Shown piece after piece: positions 56,495 to 64,000 of a DNA stretch of 64,000 bases (its first letter is position 1; each line of letters starts with the position of its first letter). Under the pieces are notes generated by a model. That model worked only from the letters and a program-made list of their open reading frames with translations. It was not told the DNA's origin and ran no database searches. The DNA comes from Chiloscyllium plagiosum (lineage: Eukaryota), in NCBI RefSeq assembly GCF_004010195.1, contig NC_057746.1, positions 26,125,523-26,189,522 of the forward strand. Direction: 5' to 3'. Both the position numbers and the translations under genes were made by a program.

Positions 56495-58929
56495 TATTCA
56501 GATACTTTACAAATGGATTCTTGAGAATGAATTATAGACTGGGTTTTAATAAAGGAATTTGCCTTACATATTGAGTAATGACTATCTGGCACAAATCTGC
56601 AGTCAAGAGTTCAGATAATACAAACAAGCAAACTTATGCCAAGTGCCGAGTTGTCGACTGTTAACAAGATTAAGATTCTGCCTTGAAATTGCTTCAGAAT
56701 GTCTCTCTCTCTCTCTCTCTGGCAAATGCAGAATGTGCAGATTGAGATCTTTTACTTTTGGCTGGATTCTATGCTGGCGGTAGCTGTTATTCTTGGCAAC
56801 CTTCTAATCCATTTAATGTGACACAGTGGCGCCGGGCCAGTTCACCTGGGGATTAACTGCAGTTAATTGAAAATTGTGTGGCCCCAATAAGAAGTGGGGA
56901 AAGTATGCAGGATGTATATCTTAAAATCTGCCGTCCATGGGTTCTCATCTCCCCACCTCTCCTTGTGAATCTGTTAGCTGGCTGCAGGATTAGTATTCTG
57001 TGATACTGATAGCTGACTCATAAGTAGTTGCAGACCCAGATCCCTTGCCTGTAACCACACGGCTCCCCCAGAATTGTACCCCAGAATCAATCAACTCACT
57101 CCCTTTAACCCCATCTAGAAGGGGGGCTCCCACACTAATAAAGGCATCAGCCATGCCCCAGTTGGTAGCACTCTTCCTCATGAATCACAAAGCTATGAGT
57201 TCGAGTCCCACTCAAAGGGCTGAGCTTGCATGACTGACGCTCCATTGCTGTCCTGCGCTGCACAGAGTTAAATGCAACCGTCTTTCTGGCCAAAGGTTAA
57301 ACCTGGGCCCCGATCAGCTGTTCTAATGGTGGTTTTTTAAAAAATCTCAGGACATTAATTTCAGCAAGAGCTGGGAGGTCTCCTTAGTCCCAGTCAATAT
57401 TTAACCCACTATCAACGTCACAAAATAAAATCAACCAACAATTATCACATGGCTGGTGGGAACTTCCTGTGCACAGAATGGCCATGAGATTTCACAACAA
57501 CTGTGACTACACCACATTGGCAGCAAAACATTTTGACAGGTCTAATAGTCAAAGTAAAATATTGCTTAAATACAAGCCTTTCTTTTACCTTTTCATAATT
57601 TGGTGCTTTATTACAAGGTCAATTTCCTATAGAGGCTAATAACCTACAAATTCTGGGGACAGGCTTTCCACTGATACTCATTCCAAGTCTACTAACTCCC
57701 ACAGTTACCTTAAATACACTTTCCCACATCTTGCTTCCTAATAAGAGTCTGTTCCACTTTCCCAGTTTCCCCACCACATCGGCCAGATTTCTTCCACTGG
57801 GGTTTCTAACGGGTTCTCCTTTTTACTCAAACAAAACTCCAACCCCATTTTTTTTCTTTTTTCACAGCTAACATTTACACCGGTCTTACAAATGAACTCC
57901 TCGTACAGCCAGAGAAGTCTACAGCACAGAAAAATGGCCCTGAAGCCTATCAACTCTGCAATGGTCAAAAACAAACACCTAATTGCCCGAATCCCATCTT
58001 CTGGCACTTGGACCATTTCCTTGACTGTCTTGGCGTGGCATCCTCCCTGACCTCCAGTGTCACAGCCTTTGCCTTTGGCACTGGGCACTTCAGAATCTGT
58101 TATTGCTGTTCCTCCCCTTTAGTCCACAGTATTAAAAACTACAATTTTCCACCTCCTTTTAGTTCAGAAGTCGTCATCCTGGAGTCGAAACTTTAACTCT
58201 TACATTTCTCTTCACAGATGCTGCCAGACCTGCTGAGTTCCTCCAGCACATTTTATTTGATTTATGGCTTCCAGCATCTGCAATATTTTGCTTTTATCCC
58301 TAAAATATCTTGCTGATTCATCCAAAATGGGCATCAAAGCTATCTTTCTTCATACAGCTCACTGCACATGTTTGGTGAAAAAGTGTTATCCTATTACTCC
58401 CATGTACTGGCTCTTTTTCCATTTCCCTGCAAACACTTCCCATTCAAACATACTGTCAAAAAGTCTTTAGAATTTTGCTATTCAATCTGCTTCTACCCTC
58501 CTTTCAGGCACCTTATTTCAGGTTGTAAACAAATACAAAAGAAAAAGTCTTCATTTCATGGCTGGTTCTATTTTTTAAATTCATTTTATTTTATCATAAA
58601 CAACAATGGCAAGGCAAGCATTTGTTGCTCATCCATAACTACACTCAAGAAAATGGTGGTGAGCCATCCTCCTGAATTACTACAGCTCGTGTGTTGGGAA
58701 TGAACACAGTAAAGAAATGGCCATTGTGTCCTCTGGTTACCAACCCTCTTGTCATTATTATTCTTATTGTGGGGGTGGGGCTCCATATTATCACAGTTCA
58801 AATTGCCTGTGAAGCACTTTGGTATAACCCTCAGCTCTGTGCAAGTCTCTTTTCACGTTGCTTATTTGACCAAACCCTTCATGATTTTGAACACCTCTGT
58901 TACATGCCCCCAAAGCTATTTTCAACAGC

Positions 58930-59605
58930 ATCAGTGAATATCCAAAGAGACTTGGGGGCTCAGGTGCATGGATCTTTACAATGTCATGAACAGGTATACA
59001 AAGCAATCAAGAAAGCTAATGGAATGTTGGCCTTGATGTCTAGAGGACTGGAGCACATGGTCACAGAAGTTATGCTGCAATGTACAAAACCCTGGAGTAC
59101 TGGGAGCAGATCTGAGCACCACAGCTCAGGAAGGATAACACTGGACTTGGAAGGACTACACTGTTACGTGTACAAGAATGAGACCTGGACTTCAGGGGTT
59201 AAGTTATGAGGAGAACTTATATAAATTCGCCCAGCTTTCTCTAGAATTTAGAAAGATAAGCAACAATGTGATCAAGTTCTTCAAGACATTGGCATTGGAA
59301 GCTATTTCCATTAGTGGGGTTTCTAGAATTAGGGCCATACTCTGAGAATAGGGTCAGACCATTCAAGAGAAATGTTAGAAGCATTTCTATACACAAGGCG
59401 GAAGATGCTTGGAACTCACTTCCACAAACGAAATTGGATGCAAGGTCAGCTGTTAATTTTAAATCTGAGATTTTTTTTGTTAAGCAAAGGATTGAAGGCA
59501 GGCATTTCTCCTGCATTGCAAAAGCTACAGATCAGCTATGACCTCATTGAATGGTGGAACAAGCCTCAAGGGGCTGAACAGTCCACTCCTGCTCCTGCGT
59601 TTCTA
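58930..59605 (+). mobile_element. CR1-type LINE 3' fragment, degenerate
   Basis: QRDLGAQVHGSL...KAIKKANGMLA. Confidence 0.8.
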
Positions 59606-62564
59606 ATGAGTGTTATTCTCCAGTTTCATCACACTGCTGGTACTGTAACCAGCAGATGGCCAACCATGCTTTCTGCATCTTCAGTCAGCAGGCAGCTCTG
59701 GTCAGTAATGCGACTTTTGAGTTTCGAGGCCACTGCTGCACTTTCCCACCATATTTCCATTAATTCATCTCTACAAAATAAAGCCAATATTTTTCTGAAG
59801 CCTCAGATTTTATGTTCCGTCTGTTCCCTCTTCCTTTCTGTTCTCATCTTCAGTGGCATTTTGTAGTGTGCGTCTCTAGCCTGTGGGAAGGTTTCGTAAT
59901 GCAGGAGAAATAATTAAGTGGAAAAAACAAATTTTAATTACATCTCAGAACTTGTTTTAAAAGTTGCAGACGCCTGCCTAATGGATTGTGTTTGCCTGCG
60001 TGGGGATAGATTACTTGCTTAGGCAAGATTTTGGCCTTTAAGCTAACTCTATTTCTTTGTGAATTTCATCACAGTTTTGATCCATTCAGCAGCACTTCAA
60101 TTCCCATGAATCAGTCAAACCCAGTCCTTTTACTGGCAATAAATTTCGCAACAAAACAATGAAAAGATTCCCCACTGGTTTCATGAAATGGCAAGTCTTT
60201 TTTATTAAAGCAGCTTCCTGTTCCTTCTTTTCCCATTTCCCCCTTCCATTGATTCACATCTTGCAGGGGTGTCACATCATTATAAAATCAAAGTCTCAAA
60301 TTATATTACAGTTTTGGCCAATATGAATGTTTTCCACTCATTCCTCTCGACCAGTCTACATCTGCCTGTGGTTAATCACAGGGTCCAGCTCAGACATCTC
60401 TCCTCCGCTGTCCAGCTGGGTGGGACCACCCTCACTTTGTTCCATTCACATTCATCCATTCACAGCCTAAGACTCTCCTAATGTCGTCGCATCCTCTCCC
60501 CAAATAGCTTCCTCTGAAGTTCTGCCCGGCATCTATCATTTGGCTCCTCATGAACACATTCTCCTTCTGAAAACAGACGATATTTTCACATGCACGCCAC
60601 TTCCGTCACCAGCAGGCTTTTATTTGATGACATTTGACAAACAAAAGGTTGCTGTTGCATTACATAGTTTTCGTTGTACTGAGGAAGATGTGTCAGCCAC
60701 GTGGCCGTTCTCCAGTCATGAGTGGAAATGGAAGGGTCATCAACTGCCGAGTCAATAAGAGCAAGACCAAGCCTCCCATCACCAAATGCCCAGGCAAGCT
60801 TGCTGCAGTTGTCACTAAGCTCTGGCCCTAATGCAAACCATTGCTACATCTTCACATTGTCCAGCCCAGCATGGAGACAGCGAGGGTGATGACAATGTCC
60901 GTCAAGGACAAAATCAGTTCCACAATCTTCCACTTCAACACATCTGGCTCAAATGAGGTACATAACCAGGGGTTACGTCACCACACTTATGAAGGTTTAC
61001 TAGAGGAAGCAGTGATCAAATGCCTGTTCGACAAAGTGCATCCATTGAAGGCAATCAGAATTGTTATAATCTTTAGATAAAATACAGAATGTTTTACCAC
61101 AAACCACTGCTGACAGAGTCCACTAACATTTTTAAAGGGGGAATAAAACTGGCTTCTTAAAAAAAAAGGAAAGTGTATAGGGAGTGAGAATGAAGAGATG
61201 AAGAGGGAGGATTGATGGGAGATGAGCCCATTTGTGCTGTGACAGTCTACATTCCAGGACTGTTAGATGGTCATTCACAATATATTATTCTTCTGCTGAG
61301 GTAAAGTAGAGAAATCTTTCAAGGCCTGTCAACCAAACTATGCCAACTACACATGAGACTCTCTCATTCAAATTACAGGTTAAAACCAGTAGTTTGTTTT
61401 CTCTTAGAAAAGGCTGGATAACATCAATTAAAATTCTGACTAAAGAACACACTGTTCCTGGACAGCTATCTGTACATTCCAAATGACTGCTCGCCTGTTC
61501 TCTTGAAATACCTTACAGCGATAGGAATGCTACACTCGAATTGCAATGCTGCAGAAATGCATGAACCAAAGACAGACAGATACAGATGCTGATACACAGC
61601 TTACATTAAACAATTCGAAGAATACTTCTCTGAAGAGTCATTCCAAAAATCAAACCAGCATATCGCAGAGAACAATCTGATATGGCTTTGTGCTCAGTGT
61701 TAAATGGTTCATCTCAAAAGCAATTACACTACCCACATGCAAAGTGAAAGGCAGAGAGGGTGGAAGTATAATTTCCAAATTTGAAGGATTACTAGTGTCC
61801 TTGCAATTACTTGTGCTGAGGATTCTAGAGTTTCCCCACTGTAGGTGCTTTACTTCACCTCATTGGGAAGTAAGAACAGGACAAGAGTACTGAAATCTAA
61901 ACCTAAATCTAACCATAACCGGGCCAAAGGTGAAGGTGCAGAGATGCAACAAATTCAAGGAACAATCCCATCAAGAATTGCTAAAGACTTCAGCCACCAA
62001 TTCAACTTGGCAATTTGGATTCTACATGCCTTGCCTGAGTTTAATAATTTAATATTCAACAGTAATTGTTACTCTAGAATTAGCACATATGGAATTCAAT
62101 CCATGCCAGCCAAGCATGAGTTGACAAATAATGCAGAAAGAAAATGGAAAAAGCAGAGCCATTTTATCTTTAGTAGATGTACTGACAAAAACTATATGCA
62201 AGTTACAGTAACCTTGAAACAATGGTAAGATCCCAAGAAATTATCACGTTTGCATCATGGAAGCATAGATAATAGGGGCAGGAATAGGCCATTCACTCCA
62301 TCATTCCTAACCTGCCTTTCAACGTGGCTGATCCTTAATTTCAATGTCATACTCCTGTTCTCTCCCCATACATCTTGAGCCTTTGGAACTTTATTTATTA
62401 TTTTCCTGAAGTACATTTCAGTCACTTGGCCTCCTCAGCCTTCTGTGGTACAGAATTTCACAGGTTCACCAAATGGAGAAATGCTCTGCTGCATAACGCA
62501 ATGCTATGACCCTGTGTGTACCCATCCCAGTGAGGAGAAACATCAGCCTGGCTAGAATGTTACT

Positions 62565-63990
62565 TTTGTAGAGTTGTACAGCACGCCAACAGACCTTTCG
62601 GTTCACCTCAGTTGTGCAGATAGGCATCCCGATCTCACCGATTCCCAATTGCCAGCATTTGGTCCATATCCATCCCCGAAACCCTTCCTAAACATCTACC
62701 CATCCAGATGCCTTTTAAATGTTCTTGTTCCAGCCTCCAACACTTCCTCTGGCAGCTTATTCCATACACACACGACTCTCTGCATGGAAAACGTTGCCAA
62801 AGGCCCCTTTTAAATGTTGACCCCTCTCACTTTTAACCTACTCCTTTTAGTTTTGGACTCCCCCATTCTAAGAAAAAGATCTTGGCTATTCACTCTATCC
62901 ATAACCGTCATGTTTTTATCAATCTTTGTCAGCTCAGAGTCTGACTCTCCAGGGGAAAAAGCCCCGGATTATTCAGCCTGTCCCTACAATACAAATCCTC
63001 CAGTCCCAGAGCAGCCTTATAAATCTTCCCTGCACCCTGTCAAGTTTAACAACATCTTTCCTATAGAAGGACAACCAGAATTGTACGCAGTATTCTACAA
63101 CTGGTCTCACTAATGTCCTCTACAGGTACAACATGACATCCAAACTCCAATACTCAATATTCTGCCAAAAACCTTCTTCTCTACCCCATCTACCTGAAAT
63201 TCCACTTTCAAGGAACTATGCAACTGCACCCCTCGGTCTCTTTGTTCAGCATCACTCACCATTAACTATACAAGTCCTGCCTTCATTTGCCTTACCAAAA
63301 TGCAACACCTCACATACATGTAATTTAAACTCCTCAGCCCATTTGATCAAGGTCCCATTGTACTCTGTGATAATCTTCGCTGCACACTACACCACCTATT
63401 TTGGTGGAATCTGAAAACTTACTAACCATACAGACTGTTTCAATGAGTTCCTTTTTCATTCTTCTAAACTTCATTGAATACAGGCCCAGACAACTCAATC
63501 TTACCTCATAGGACAAACCTGCCATCCCAGGAATCAGTCTGGTCAACTTCTGCTGCAATGTATGGCAAGCAGGTTTTCTTAGATAAGGAGACCAAACCTG
63601 CACACAATACCCTAGGTACATTCTTACTAAGGCCCTGTACTGCTAAGACTTCCTTGCTCCTGTACTTAAATCCTCTTGCAACAAAGGCCAACATATCATT
63701 TACCTTCCTATCTACTTGCTGTACCTGCATGCTTGCTTCTGTGACAAGTGTACAAGAACACCCACATCCCTATGTACATCAGAACTTCCCAATCTGTCAC
63801 CATTGAAATAATACTGTAATGGCATTCCTACCAAAGTAGTCAATTGATGTTAATACACTTTGTACCACATCTTCCACATATGTCCCTACTCACTCATTGG
63901 AATTGCCCTGAAACCTCTCTATAACCTCGCCACCCTCAAACCAGCCAAGCCTTATGTTGTCAGAAAATGTGCAAATATGACATTTGATTC
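62565..63990 (-). mobile_element. Two adjacent degenerate CR1-type fragments
   Basis: YCVQVWSPYLRK...TRLIPGMAGLSYE and MLAFVARGFKYRSKEV. Confidence 0.8.
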
Positions 63991-64000
63991 TCTCACCCAA

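Noticed and set aside
56990-57181. 63-aa minus-strand ORF as a candidate extra exon
   Set aside because: No BAG6 similarity, no clear splice pair, and it partly overlaps a SINE head.
59530-60075. Possible C/D box snoRNAs on the minus strand (GTGATGA at about 59630 and 60070 with a downstream CTGA)
   Set aside because: No convincing terminal stem or guide sequence, and one candidate overlaps a CR1 tail.
60740-61050. Faint resemblance to a Harbinger-type transposase segment (KISSTIFHFNTSGS)
   Set aside because: Too weak to support by eye; needs TBLASTN or an HMM search.
817-63990. Strand bias of CR1 insertions relative to BAG6
   Set aside because: Copies occur on both strands in broadly similar numbers and the sample is small.
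49863-64000. BAG6 exons 2-4 (UBL domain, DRNANSYVMVGTFNLP)
   Set aside because: No matching peptide found by eye on the minus strand; presumably beyond the window. A small divergent exon could have been missed.

Overview
Vertebrate nuclear DNA, most likely a shark (inferred from HE1-type V-SINEs, abundant CR1-type LINE 3' ends and Penelope-like termini). The window holds most of one minus-strand gene, BAG6 (BAT3/Scythe, an MHC class III gene in mammals). I traced 22 coding exons with GT..AG boundaries and consistent phases from 49862 to the TAG at 354-356 (3216 nt, 1071 aa plus stop). They match human exons 5-25, including alternative exon 11B, and are followed by an AATAAA at 150-155. I did not find the UBL-domain exons, which should lie beyond 64000. 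Introns are full of CR1 fragments, SINEs, a deleted Gypsy-like element, a Tigger-like MITE and small tandem duplications. The main unexplained structure is a set of short Penelope-like relics, many of them fold-backs with 13-15 bp target-site duplications, that carry minimal type I hammerhead ribozyme motifs with covarying stems. One intact copy is on the BAG6 sense strand just upstream of exon 11B. Repeat boundaries are approximate and family names come from motif recognition, not database searches.
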